The notes below the pieces were generated by a model. It was not told where the DNA came from. It made no database searches and saw nothing but the letters and a program-made list of their open reading frames with translations. Below are positions 1 through 12,739 of a DNA stretch of 64,000 nt, piece after piece. The DNA comes from Rhina ancylostomus (Eukaryota). Position 1 is the stretch's first letter, and each line of letters starts with the position of its first letter. The DNA lies in the NCBI GenBank assembly GCA_030265395.1, contig JARFYF010000052.1:60676429-60740428 (forward strand), in the 5' to 3' direction. A program made the position numbers and the translations under genes.

Positions 1-205
1 ACCTATCACCACCTTGTGCGCACCCTGCCTCCCCTCTTGTGTCCACCTGTCACTGCTCTGCTTTTCCCTCCTCTATATTGGGTTTCCCCTTTTCCTATCT
101 TCAATCCCAAAGTAGGGTCCTGGCCCAAAACGGTGACTACCTGCTTTTCTCCACGGATGCTGCCTGGCTTGCTGAGTTCCTCCAGCATCATCGTGTTTTT
201 CAGCA
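1..205 (+). mobile_element. Penelope-like element 3' tail / derived SINE
   Basis: ...agggtcctggcccaaaacggtgact...ggatgctgcctggcttgctgagttcctccagc, same motif as at 13420-13550, which follows a GIY-YIG remnant. Confidence 0.65.
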
Positions 206-539
206 ACATAAATACCGTTGCTAAAGAATAGTCAGAGACCAGGAGGCAAGTATTTCAGCCCCTGACTCTGCAAAGCCTTATTACCATCTGTACGTTACAA
301 ATCAAGAACGTGATAGATTACTTGCTACTTGCCTGAATAATTTTAGTGCCAACAACAGCAAGGAGCTTGATAACATCCAGTGTAAAGTGGCAATGGGATC
401 CCCATTTGCAACATTCACTCCTTGCATTACCAAAATACTCCATGCACTCACTGTGGCTATCCACACTCCATTTTGGATGCTACTGGGGGAGACTGAAGAA
501 ACTGCAGCGAGCCAAATTCATGGCACCATAGATGGCTCA

Positions 540-1640
540 GCTGCTCAGAAGGAGAGGGAAAAGAGTGGTAGAACTATAGCAGTAGGGGAACAGGTAGCTG
601 TAGACATGTCTCCAAGGTGATATGTGGCTTCCCTGTTGCCGAGGTCAAGGGTTTCACAGAATGACTACAGAGCATCCTGAAAGAGGACCATGAACAGCCA
701 CTGGTGGTGGCACCTGTTGGTACCAACAACAAAGATAATTAAAGGGATAAGGCCCTGCAGGATTGAATTTGAGTTAGGAGATGAACTATTAACCAGGACC
801 TCAAAGGTAGCAATCTCAGGACAACTTCCGGCACCGTGAGTGTAGGAACGGGAGAATAGACCCAAGGTCTTTACAGTGGCTCAGGTAGTAGAGCTATGGC
901 CTCACAGTCCTAGTGATCCAGATGTTCAGTCCTAATCTCTGGTGCTGACTGTGTGGAATTTGCATGTTCTCTGGATGCTCCAGTTTCCTCTCTCATTTCA
1001 AAGATGCATGCGTTTGAAGGTTAATTAATCACAGTAAATTGCCCTGAGGATTTAGGTGAGTGGTAGAATCTGGCAGGGGGTGGTGGGGTTTAGTTGATGG
1101 AAATCTGGGAAGAATAAAAGGGGATCAGTGNNNNNNNNNNNNNNNNNNNNNNNNNNNNNNNNNNNNNNNNNNNNNNNNNNNNNNNNNNNNNNNNNNNNNN
1201 NNNNNNNNNNNNNNNNNNNNNNNNNNNNNNNNNNNNNNNNNNNNNNNGGACACTGGAACCAGTTCTGGAGAAGGTGGGACCTTCAGAAATGGCACAGCAT
1301 ACACACAGACAGGTTCAGAACCAGTTTCTAGCAGGGCTAGTTTTTAGTGCTGTTGAGGAGAATTTAAACTAGAATGGCAAGGGGATGGAAACCTAAACAG
1401 AATGACTAGGGACAGTGAAACAAAGGCAGAAATAAAATAAAGGACAGTAGAATGAAAAAGCAGAAGGCAAGAAAACCAAGAGTGAGAGGCGATTAGAGCC
1501 AAAATACTAAACAATGTTAAGATGATTAAAAATGTCAAAAGGTTTGTATCTATTGTAAATGTTTTGTACCTTACTACATGAAATAATAAGGTAGATGAAC
1601 AATAGCACAAATAGTAGTAAGAGGCTCTGATTTGAAAGCC
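540..1640 (+). mobile_element. Decayed CR1 LINE 5' part (ORF1 SGNH esterase to start of ORF2 endonuclease), interrupted by a SINE
   Basis: Remnants resembling CR1 esterase motifs (EQPLVVAPVGTN, GHWNQFWRRWDL) and an NKVDE-like endonuclease start near 1585. Confidence 0.6.
872..1130 (+). mobile_element. tRNA-derived SINE (HE1/V-SINE-like)
   Basis: A-box-like gtggctcaggtagtagag, B-box-like gttcagtcct, core tgtgtggaatttgcatgttctc; second copy at 22572. Confidence 0.75.
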
Positions 1641-2894
1641 ATTAGAGTTGAATCTTTTGTTTATTTCTGCTACACAGCAAGTGCCTGCAGTTCACCAGAA
1701 GAACGAGTTTAAAAAGCTTATTTGTAACACTCCCTACATGCATAAGGGACATGATCTTCTACTATGATAAAATTATCTTTGCTGTCTGTAGTTTTCTGTA
1801 TTTGGAAAGTCTTTGTTATGTGTCAATTTCAAGTGTTGTTCCATTATGACTTATGAGTTTTGCTGCACCATATTGTATATCAATCACTTTGAAGCAGGAA
1901 TGTTCAGTGTCGTGTCCTTCGTTTTGTTCTCATCTTAGAAAGGAAGTGTTGGGAAAATGAAACTCTTAGTTTTAGCAATCACAAAAAATTGAGAGAGTTA
2001 TATTTTATAAGAAGCATTATTTCTTGACATGAATAAATAGACGGGCATGAAATATGTTTTCTGAACAATTTGCGTATGAAAGCATTTTTAATTTCCCTCA
2101 AAAAGAAAATGAGCCACAAACTGCCCATGGTTCTCATCAATTGATCGACTAAGAAATTGTACCTAATTTGCATGTAGCTGTGAATTTTTTACACTGTTAA
2201 GATAAAAAGAGGGCTCAAATTGAAGTTGCCTAAAGTTTTTACTGTAATCCATATTGTAAATAGAATTTTCTTCTACAAAGTTTACATTTATGAATGGTAA
2301 TTCTTTGGAACTGATCACCTTTACTTATAGTGAAGCTTTTCTCTTGATTTTTCTAATGATTTTAAAGTGAAAATGATACTTGAGGGAAAACTTGGTCATA
2401 AATAGTTTAACGTCAATGATGAACAACAGACAAAGTGCTTTACTTGTGTTGTTCAGCTTAAAAGATGTTTTCTTCCAAGTTCTGAGCATGTGCACCCCAG
2501 TCGTAAATGCATATGAAGTTATGTGTTTAAAGAATTGTTCCATGCATATAAATTCATTCATGTAATTAAGGTGTTCCAACTTTTGAAAGGAACCAAAGCC
2601 CCCAATTGGAACAGCCTGCTTATTGGCATACTTCAATATATACCACCACTTGTTAAAAGGCTGCTATCAGAGAGTTCAGAATATTTGTACTATTAAGAAT
2701 ATGGAATAGATGCAGGGTCAGGATTTCCCTTGCTTCGAAGTCAAGGTGTAGGGCTAGCTGTTAGGCTGGGAACAATTTGGCAGCATTCCAGCTGATTGGA
2801 AAAAGAACGCTTAAATTGAGCAATGATTTATTTGTTCCTTGCTTGAACTTCTCAGTAAACTTTTACTTGAACTTCTTTGAATAGGCATATTTGA

Positions 2895-3227
<333 letters not shown>

Positions 3228-3469
3228 TAGCTTTAGCTTTAAGGTAGCTTATTTAACTACCTTATATTTTATAAGGGTATTTTATCATAACCTGCTTTGG
3301 TCTTTGGACAAGCATACTTACCAAGGTTTACTCTAATGTGGTAAATCCAGTTTGTCTTAACTCTCAAGATGCACTACAACAGTTTAGTTAATTTCCAGTG
3401 GTGTAACAGTGCCAATAAGAAAAAATGAACAAATTCAGTGAATTTCAAAATATAAATAGACCTATATTT

Positions 3470-3471
<2 letters not shown>

Positions 3472-3520
<49 letters not shown>
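3472..3520. repeat. (GT)n(GA)n microsatellite
   Basis: About 21 GT units followed by 3 GA units. Confidence 0.97.
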
Positions 3521-3614
3521 TCTACAAGGCCCGAAATCTGACTGGAAACAAAGAAATTAAATTGTTTCCTGACAATGTTTAACAGTTGCGCATCAAAGGG
3601 AACTTTTAGTTTAA

Positions 3615-3902
<288 letters not shown>

Positions 3903-5863
3903 TAAGTGTTTTCTTGAACTTAATTCTGCATGTAATAATGTTGCATTTTATCCTGGATATTTGCAACCTGTCATTTGAAAAATATTTGAGATTAACATTT
4001 TGTTAGGTGAATCACATCTTAAAGATTAACAAATGTTATATTGATACATGTACCAATAGAGTTCTTATTGTAGCTTATGGAAGAATAAAAATACTTGTAA
4101 CTTTCCTGCATGAATATACTTTGCTCTCTAAGTACTAGCTTAAATAAAATACAGTTTCATTCTAAAAGAGGAAGTTATAATGGGTCAGATTGTGTTTGAT
4201 CTGACCCTGGAGCCCAGACTCTGACCCCATACTAGAGCATTGGCTACACCTGCATGCAGTGACCAGTCTCAGTGGCCTGTGGAGGAGACCTCCATTCTGT
4301 ACCCTTCTGCAAGGTGGAGCAGACTGAGAGTGACAACTAGACCTCTGATAGCTGCACATTATTAGAGGCATGGTTCATGACTCTGAGATCTCCCTAGTAT
4401 TCAGAGATATTTAAAATTAGTTTAAAAGGATTTAAGTTATTGTAAAAATAAAATCTAAAAATAATTTTTTAAAAAGTCAGTAAAAGTATTATAAATTAAT
4501 TAAAAAACATACATATAAAGTGAATTAAATTAAAAGGTCAAGAAGTTAACTTGGCCTTTTTAACGATGGTCAGTGACTTCATTCAAATGAATAGGGGGGG
4601 TTGCTTGCACCCAAATTTAAAGCTAAAGGAACGGATGAGAAGTGGCATTTGATATCCAGCATGTCTCTGGCTTCTGTGTTGTAGTACACTGATGCAGAAG
4701 TTGAAGACACACTGAATAGCAGAGGTCCAGTGGGTAGTGAGTGCCTCCCATGCAAAGCCTGATCTACCTATATATTTTTTTTAATTCACATGTGTACCAC
4801 CTGCTGGTATTAACTAGATTAGTTTGGAATATTTTTCAGAATTATTTCAGTCTTTGTGCAATTCACTTGTATGAAAGAATTCCTTTATGAAACATTCTCA
4901 GCACCTTTTCTCTTATTTTGTCATATGGTAGTTGTGTTGCAACTGAAATTTAACATCAACATTTTGTAGTTTTAAAATTCAAAATCAAGGACTATAGTCA
5001 TGTAGCAATCCATGCCATTTCATCCTTAGTGACTAAGCTGACAGTTGGTTGGGCAATAGTTATACTCAATGCCTTGTTCTTTTCCTGTTGCTCCATAAAT
5101 ATTTTCCCTTGAAGTTTCCATCTATTTGTCTTTGGAAAGTTATTTTGGAATTTGCTGCCGCCATCCAATCAAATCAGTCAACTTTACATCACTGAAACTT
5201 GTTTTCTTTTTTAAAAAAAACCTCATTAGTAATGATATATTTCCTTTTGTGCTTTCTGCTTACCGTTCCTTCTGCTATCAAGAACTGTTTTATTCTTAAT
5301 TACTCTATTTTATCCTTGTTCATTGATTTCGGATTCCTTTTTCATTGGCCACTTTCATTCTCATTTCTACTTTGATTCCTTTTTCTACATCTCATCTCTG
5401 CTTGCTCTAGTTCTGTTCTCCACAATATTACCATCCTTACCTTTGTCATAAAGCCATCTTTTTCTGTTTCATTACTGTCATGGAAGGATCCAGGCACCTC
5501 TAGCTTTGGATACCTTTTATTTCTCCCCATTATGATTGTGTACGTAAGCCATCTTCTCTATGATGGTCTCCTGTTCAGTTATGATTTTCCCTACCAGTTG
5601 TTGAATGTGAGGCAGCAACAGTATCTGCTGCATCACTAAGCCACACTCCTTTTATGATTCATTCTTCTGTTCTGTCATCTCTCCCAGTCCCCTATAGACA
5701 TTGCAGCTTCGCCATAATGTTTCATAGTGTTTCCCATTTTCCTGGCAGATTAGTTTAAACCCATTCCCAATCATCACTTATTTGTCCCAGCTCATTTGAA
5801 GTGCAAATGTCCTATTCCAGAATTGGTTCCAAGGTGCAAGGAACTGAAGCCCTCCCTTCTGCG

Positions 5864-6011
5864 ACATTTCAGCAGCAATACCTAAACTTATTTTAACCTT
5901 AATATTCCTGTTCTCACAAGCATAAAGAGTAATCCACAACATTTCAGCAGTAATACCTAAACTTATTTTAACCTTAATATTCCTGTTCTCACAAGCATAA
6001 AGAGTAATCCA
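5864..6011. repeat. Tandem duplication, 75-bp period, 2 copies
   Basis: acatttcagcag(c/t)aatacctaaac...agagtaatcca at 5864-5936 and 5939-6011, one mismatch. Confidence 0.95.
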
Positions 6012-6119
6012 GATTTAGCCTTTAAGTAGCATTCCAAGGTGTGGTTATGATTGATTACCACAATCTTAAAAATATATTTATGAATGAATTTTCACAGAAA
6101 TTATAAACCTATGCACAGT

Positions 6120-6830
6120 GCATGTATAAAAGGTGTGCAGGAACAAAGTGATCTAAATGTACATATGCATAAATCCTTGAAAGGGGCAGGGCATGTTGAG
6201 AAAGATTAGTAAAGCATGTAGGAACCTGGGATTCAGAAACAACTTTCATACTTTGGTTGTATGTGAATCCATGTTAAACCCGTACAGAGTATTGTGTCCA
6301 ATTATTAGTGGTAATACTTTAGGAAGCAATTGATGACCCTAGGGGGTTGCATAATAGTTTTCAAAGGACAGTTATAGTGATGAAAGATTTGAGCTGTAAT
6401 GTTAGTCTGGTGAAACTAATGTTAATTTCCTTGGAATAAAGAAGGTTGAGATGATATTTGAGAGCATATAGGATCATGACTAGTTTAGGTATGGTAAATA
6501 ATAAGAAGCTATTCCCATTATCAGATTGTTCCAAATAATAAAAAACATTCTGGGATAATAAAAAACATTCTGGGAAAAAGAAAGAATGTAACTTTATTAG
6601 GGCAAAGATTTTTTGTTTCTTTATTCAAAGAATAAGTTCTGGAATTCACTGCCTGTTAGGGTGGTAAGACAGAATCCTTCAAAGGGGAGTTAGGTAAGTA
6701 CTTGAGAGGATAATTTGCAGGGTTGTTGACAAAGAACAAGGGAACCAGATTGACGGGATTCACCAACTTGGAAACAGCTTAAACTTGATGGGCCAAATGG
6801 TCTCCACTTGTACCATAACAATTCTATGTT
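6120..6830 (+). mobile_element. Decayed CR1 LINE 3' end (with a 20-bp tandem duplication at 6535-6575)
   Basis: Degenerate match to the CR1 ORF2 C-terminus and 3' UTR (gagtattgtgtcca, tggaattcactgcct, gatgggccaaatggtctcc). Confidence 0.7.
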
Positions 6831-7529
6831 TTAGCACATGTGCTTGTTTTCATCATTTAAAGCATTGAAATTCAGCACTGGAGAAAAGGGGGAAACTAAA
6901 ATATATTTGTTTGTATTTTATGGTTGAAAATGTTTGTCTTGAAGCTGGAAGCATTGGCCTGGATTTTGTAGTAATGGTGAAAATGTTAGTGTTTGCCATC
7001 ATTACATTGTGCATGCGCAAAAAGTTTGCACATGCATAGTTAAAGCATAGAAACCCAGAAAGTGCTGTCATTGATATCCTGCACCTCCACTGGGTATGCT
7101 CTTGCAGATGAATTTTTTAAATTGCAGATTTGCAGAGAACGTCAATTTTAAGCAATATTCTTGTAAATGTCCTGGTCAGGGCTATCTTTTTCAATTGGGT
7201 GGAAATGGTGTTTTAAACAGTATTAAGCTTCAATTTTTACAAATATCTTTTTGGCTCTGATAAACTCCTGAGTAAAATCTAATTCCCTCATTAATTTAAA
7301 AATTCAATCTTATATTATATAACTAGTTTAATCTTATTAAAATCTTAATCTTCTGTGTACAATCCATTCTTCATTCCATGCTCTACTCTTAAAAAGCTAA
7401 CAGTCTGCTGACAGTCAAAATTCTTTAATATCATTGGTGGTATGAGATTGCTGGATGCCCTGTGTTAGGGAATAGGAACTGTATGCCAGATAGATTGTTA
7501 GATCTTTGTAAGATAAAAAAATTTTAAAA

Positions 7530-8075
7530 ACTGTTGATGCTGGAAATAAGAACTGAAAATGCTGGAGACACTCAGCAGGTCAGGTAGCATCTGTGGAAAA
7601 AGAAACCATTAACATTTCAGGTCTGGGACACTTCATCAGAAATGAGAAAGGGGAAAAGCATGTTAGTTTTCAGTAAATAAGAAGGCAGAGTAGGGAGAGG
7701 TTAAAACAAAGGGAATGGAATAAGGAAAAACTCGGCCAAGATGATGACAGGCAGAAATGGCCAGTTCTGATGCAGACAGAAAGAAAGAGTCAGCTACCTA
7801 AGGTTGTAGAATATCAGGTTCTTAAGGTTTTTCTTTTTTCTATTCATATAATCTGGCATGAGCCATAGCTTGTGTTGATAACTGACCCCATTAACCCATT
7901 TGGACTCGCCCTATCATAGACATTCCTTTGGTTCTACCCATGTCGCTCCTATCTTCTCTCCTACTGAAAACTGATCTTTCTTTCCCATTTCTGACAAAGA
8001 GCCCTGGACCTGAAACTTTACCTGTTTCTCCATCCACAGATGCCACATGACCTACTAAATGTTTCTGTTTTAATT
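7530..8075. mobile_element. Two Penelope-type tails in inverted orientation
   Basis: Minus copy ~7530-7650 (aaatgctggagacactcagcaggtcagg) and plus copy ~7975-8075 (cctgaaac...ccacagatgccacatgacc). Confidence 0.65.
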
Positions 8076-8579
8076 CTTAAATCTTTGAGTAACTTGCTTT
8101 GAGAGCAGTTTACCACAACTGATTCTGAACTTGTCATCAATCAGGTCTATTGCCCCCAGTGTCATAAGAAGGCATATTGACAGGAACCCCTCTATATAAT
8201 GTCATAAGCAGCATGTGCATGGCTTCTTTCCACAGTGATGGAAAACACTCTGATGCTGGTGGATGGTGTTTTTCATCTAGACACCAGCATCTGCAGTCCT
8301 TTGTCTCTTTCCACAGTGGATGTTTATAGATTTTCAGAACCCTATAATGTGGTTTATTCCGTGCACTCCCTAAAAAGCCTTCCTCAACTTGAATTTGGAT
8401 TTAAGAATCTGCCTTTGAAGTTTGTCTAATTTGTGACATTCCTAATTTTTAAATGGTTCTTGAATCCTCAGAAGTACAAAATATATCTTAAAAGCACTTT
8501 AATCGGTGAAAATTTGAAATATATTTGAATATGTGATAAGCTTAAGAGTAAATTCAGGTAAATGCTGTCAATATTTTTA

Positions 8580-8740
8580 ATATTCATTCAAGGGGTGTGA
8601 GCTTCATAGGCAGAGCCAGCATTAAATTGCCCATCCCTAGTTGCTCTTGAGACATTGGTGGTGAGCTGCTGTCTTGAATCACTGCAGCCCTTGAAGTGTG
8701 TTTATACCCACCATGCTGTTAGGAAGGAAGCTCAAGGTTT
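8580..8740 (-). mobile_element. 3' tail of L2/CR1-like LINE (same family as 42745-43720)
   Basis: gccagcattaaattgcccatccctagttgctcttgag...ggtggtgagctgctgtcttgaa, reverse of the tail near 43630-43720. Confidence 0.6.
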
Positions 8741-8960
8741 AAATGATTGGTAATATTACCTGTTATGCTACTGATCACTTCAATTTAAACAAGTGCATAA
8801 TGCCATTCATCTTTATGGAAGTATTGTATTACCAGTCCTTGCACTACAGGCATTGTTGTTACTATAGCACCTGTGTTTAGGTCTAGGAACATTGTCATAA
8901 CTATTTTCAAAGAACTGTGTCTTTAACTATGAGTCTCAATCTCATCTTTCATCACTGTAG

Positions 8961-9086
<126 letters not shown>

Positions 9087-9366
9087 TGAATAAATGCCCT
9101 GTCATAATATTGAAGACAGAACAATCTTAATTATAATCTCTGGTTTCTTGTGTTCTGAAAACTCACTGTTAAACATGATATGAAAATGCATGTAAAATTA
9201 CAAGATACATGAATGTAGATTGATTATAACAGAATGTTTGTGTTAAAATCAAACTGTGGCTCATGTAACTTATACAATTGTCCCTGCTTATTGTAGCAGT
9301 AAGCATTGTTTTGTGGATGAATTTATTATATAATTAATACATGTTTCAATATTATCTGTTTTTTAG

Positions 9367-9521
9367 GTTCATCAGTTAGGTTGTGAAGCAGTAATGCTCT
9401 TATTAGAGCTGAATCCAGACCAGAGTAATCTCATGTACTGGGCTGTAGATCGATGCTATACAGGTTCAAGACGTGTGGCAGCTGGATGTTTCAAGGCAAT
9501 AACCAATGTATTTCATAACAG
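9367..9521 (+). CDS. FRYL: FRYL coding exon (VHQLGCEAVMLLLELNPDQ...VFHNR)
   Basis: tttttag| and CAG|gtatga; 155 nt, phase 0 to 2. Confidence 0.95.
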
Positions 9522-10491
9522 GTATGATTTTAAACCATCATATATTGATGATGAAGCAGTAATAGGCATGTGCTCATTCGCTGAACTTGAAGTAGCTCAG
9601 TTGAACATTATGAGCATTGAATTTCTTGAATTAACAGGTTAATTCAGTCAATGAAAATATTTGGTTTTTAATTACCACAAGTTATATATGTTTACAAATT
9701 GCCCACTGGGAAGGAAATATGAATCATCTGATATTAATTAATTGATTTTTTTTATTCCATATGGTAGTCATGAGCAATTGAAATGCGTTCATATACCTCT
9801 TTTTATTCATGTGAATTGAAATTTCAAGCAATTTATAGAAAACGGTTCCCAGGAGAAATAAAATCAAATGCTGAACTAACCTGGTGCATCTCTGGGATGC
9901 TAATTATATAGACTGTATAAACTTGTTGCAGTCATACCACTCATCTTTTTTTGAATGGCACATGACATGCTGTTAGTTCATAGCGGAATCTGAGGGTGTG
10001 GTGAACTATTACAATGGGAGAACCATGGGTTGAAGTGCACAGCTCTCTCCATTGTAGGAAATAATATCAAATGGAAGGATTTTTTTACATTGTACAGACA
10101 AAATTAAATGTCAATGCCCATTTAGAAGTTACAAAACTAAAGTTCAATAAAATGTCTTATCAAGTACTCTTTTCATTTATTATATCTGTTAAAGAGCATT
10201 GACTGCAGATAATGTCTTTATTTGTCTTCAGAATATGATTTTTTAAAAATCAAGTAGCCAAACGCTGATGCATGTAGATTCCTTTGAATGTCCAGTTTAG
10301 CATTATAGTTTTTTTCTCCTTAGTTCTCTATCTTCAGGTCTTTATTTGAACCTTCATTAACGGTTGTACATATTTACTATACAAATATGGTGGAGTATTT
10401 ACCCAGTGATTGTACTGCTGGATTTAGTATTTGTGTTTGTTCATGTATCCTTTACTTGAGTTAATTATAGCAAGTCTAATTCAAAATCTAG

Positions 10492-10677
<186 letters not shown>

Positions 10678-11159
10678 TGAAAAATGCATAATGATTTAAA
10701 ATATTTTTCTTCCATTATTAAACCTTAGCAAAAATACTCTCCTAATTCTAAATCTAAATATTATGAATTTTGAAATTACTGTACTAATAATTATTATAAT
10801 AATTCACATTATAGTAATATGATTTTCTATATTTCATGTAATAATATGAAATACTATATTTCATTGTTAGTATTCTCTCCATTTCATCAACTCCAACAAA
10901 CAATTAAGACTTGTCAATTCAATGATCCATCAGTGCATGGGGAATTTCCATTTGTCACAGTTCCCTTTTTCTACACTCATTGTGAATTTAAGGATTGAAG
11001 TACATAATCTAAGGCAATTCAGCATGGTACTGAATATGTACTGAATTATTCATGATCTCTCTGAAATATTCCTGAAGTTGGCAATCTTATGCCCAACCTT
11101 GCAATTTTCTTTGGTTTGATGTCGAGATAGTTGATGAATAAGGGGGAAAACATTTGAAA

Positions 11160-11650
11160 GGAGTAACACACAAAATGCTGGAGGAACTCAGTAGGTCAGG
11201 TAGCATTTATGGAGGGAAATGGACAGTCGCCATTTCAGGTAAGTACCCTTCATCAGGACTGGAAAAAGGGGAGATAGCCAGTATAAAAGGGTGGGGGGAG
11301 GGGTTGGAACAAGAGCTGGCAGGTGANNNNNNNNNNNNNNNNNNNNNNNNNNNNNNNNNNNNNNNNNNNNNNNNNNNNNNNNNNNNNNNNNNNNAGGTGG
11401 GGTGATGGAGCCAATGGGATTTGGGGAAAGAGATGGGGTGATGGAGCCAATGGGATTTGGGGAAAGAGATGGGGTGATGGAGCCAATGGGATTTGGGACG
11501 GGGGAGTGGTGACCAGAAGTTAGAGAAATCAATATCATTCCACCAAGGTGGAATATAAGGTGCTGTTCCTCTAATCTGCATCTGGCCTCTACTCTCTACT
11601 TGGTAGAGGAGGCCATGGTAGGTTTCCAACATCTGCAGTCTCTCTTGTGT
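11160..11650 (-). mobile_element. Penelope-like element 3' portion with internal minisatellite
   Basis: Tail motif at 11160-11326; reverse strand of 11520-11620 resembles the Penelope C-terminus (RLEEQHLIFH); N gap inside. Confidence 0.7.
11399..11497. repeat. G-rich minisatellite, 36-bp unit, ~2.7 visible copies
   Basis: ggggtgatggagccaatgggatttggggaaagagat at 11399, 11435, 11471; abuts an N gap. Confidence 0.95.
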
Positions 11651-11985
11651 CAAATATTTGAACGGATCTGGATTGGTGCAAGACTTTGAGATTTTCTGTG
11701 GGAGTTCTAAGAATACACAATAAAGTGCTTTGATAATATTTCTGAATAACTAACATTTTAAAAAATTATAGAAGGTACTTGTTTAACAAACCTCATATTA
11801 GAGAAATATGATGGGCACTCCAGCATTTGATGATAGTGTCTTCGGCACCTCAACCTTGTTGCCTGAATTCTTTCGCACTACCTTTTAAAAAATTTTGGAT
11901 CATCATAGCAACAGGTGTTTTCATCTTTGGTTCCACAGTGGATGTACCATTTTTAAATTTTGTGTATTGGTTTAATTTATTGCAG

Positions 11986-12154
11986 ATACTGGAGCCCAAG
12001 CTCTTTCGCTACGCCCACAAGCTGGAAGTACAGCGAACTGACGGAATATTAAATCACCCTTCTCCATTGCCACATCTGTATTCAGTTTCTTACTATCAAT
12101 TATCAGAGGAATTGGCAAGGACTTACCCAGAGCTCACAATCTCAGTCTTCTCAG
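11986..12154 (+). CDS. FRYL: FRYL coding exon (ILEPKLFRYAHKL...YPELTISVFS)
   Basis: ttattgcag| and CAG|gtatat; 169 nt, phase 0 to 1. Confidence 0.95.
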
Positions 12155-12373
12155 GTATATTCCATTTGTTGCATTTGCAACAGTTTCTCTCTTTTGTGGA
12201 AATGGTATTTCACATTTGCTTAAGATTATCATTCTTGGGGGGGAAAAAGAAACTTTTGTTCACTTACTGTGTGCTTTTCAAAAAAAAACTTCAAATAGGT
12301 CTATTCCCTTTTATTGCCGATAATGCTTGAATAATTTTAAAAGAATCTAATTAAATTCTGTACTTTTATTGTC

Positions 12374-12554
12374 ATTGGCAAATTTGGATTTCCTTTTATA
12401 AATATGCCGTCTTTACACTAGTTATAAATATTTTATGCAGCCTTTTTACTGCCCAGATTATGACATATAATATAGATTATAAAAAGGCTGCATAACATAT
12501 TTATAACTAGTGTAAGGATGGCAGATTTATGAAAGGGAATACAAATTTGACAAT
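12374..12554. repeat. Long inverted repeat (75-bp arms, 31-nt spacer)
   Basis: 12374-12448 is the reverse complement of 12480-12554 with about 8 substitutions and no indels. Confidence 0.92.
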
Positions 12555-12739
12555 TTGAAAATTCTTGCCCTGTGAAGACATGCAAGGCCAATATCTGCCT
12601 TGTGTTGCCAGAACGATTTGCAAGAAGTAAATACTAATCCCTAGGAGTTTCTTTTCCTTAATATTCTTCAAATTTTCATCAATGCTGTGCACATTTTACA
12701 ATTGATTCAATTCAAAATGTTAAATTTTTGAAGTTATGA

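Noticed and set aside
872-945. tRNA gene
   Set aside because: A/B-box-like head continues into a SINE body and tail; no intact cloverleaf.
4182-4207. 9-bp hairpin gggtcagat/atctgaccc
   Set aside because: Too short to be meaningful alone; probably part of an old transposon remnant.
11399-11497. 36-bp repeats as a CRISPR array
   Set aside because: Units are head-to-tail with no spacers, in a vertebrate intron.
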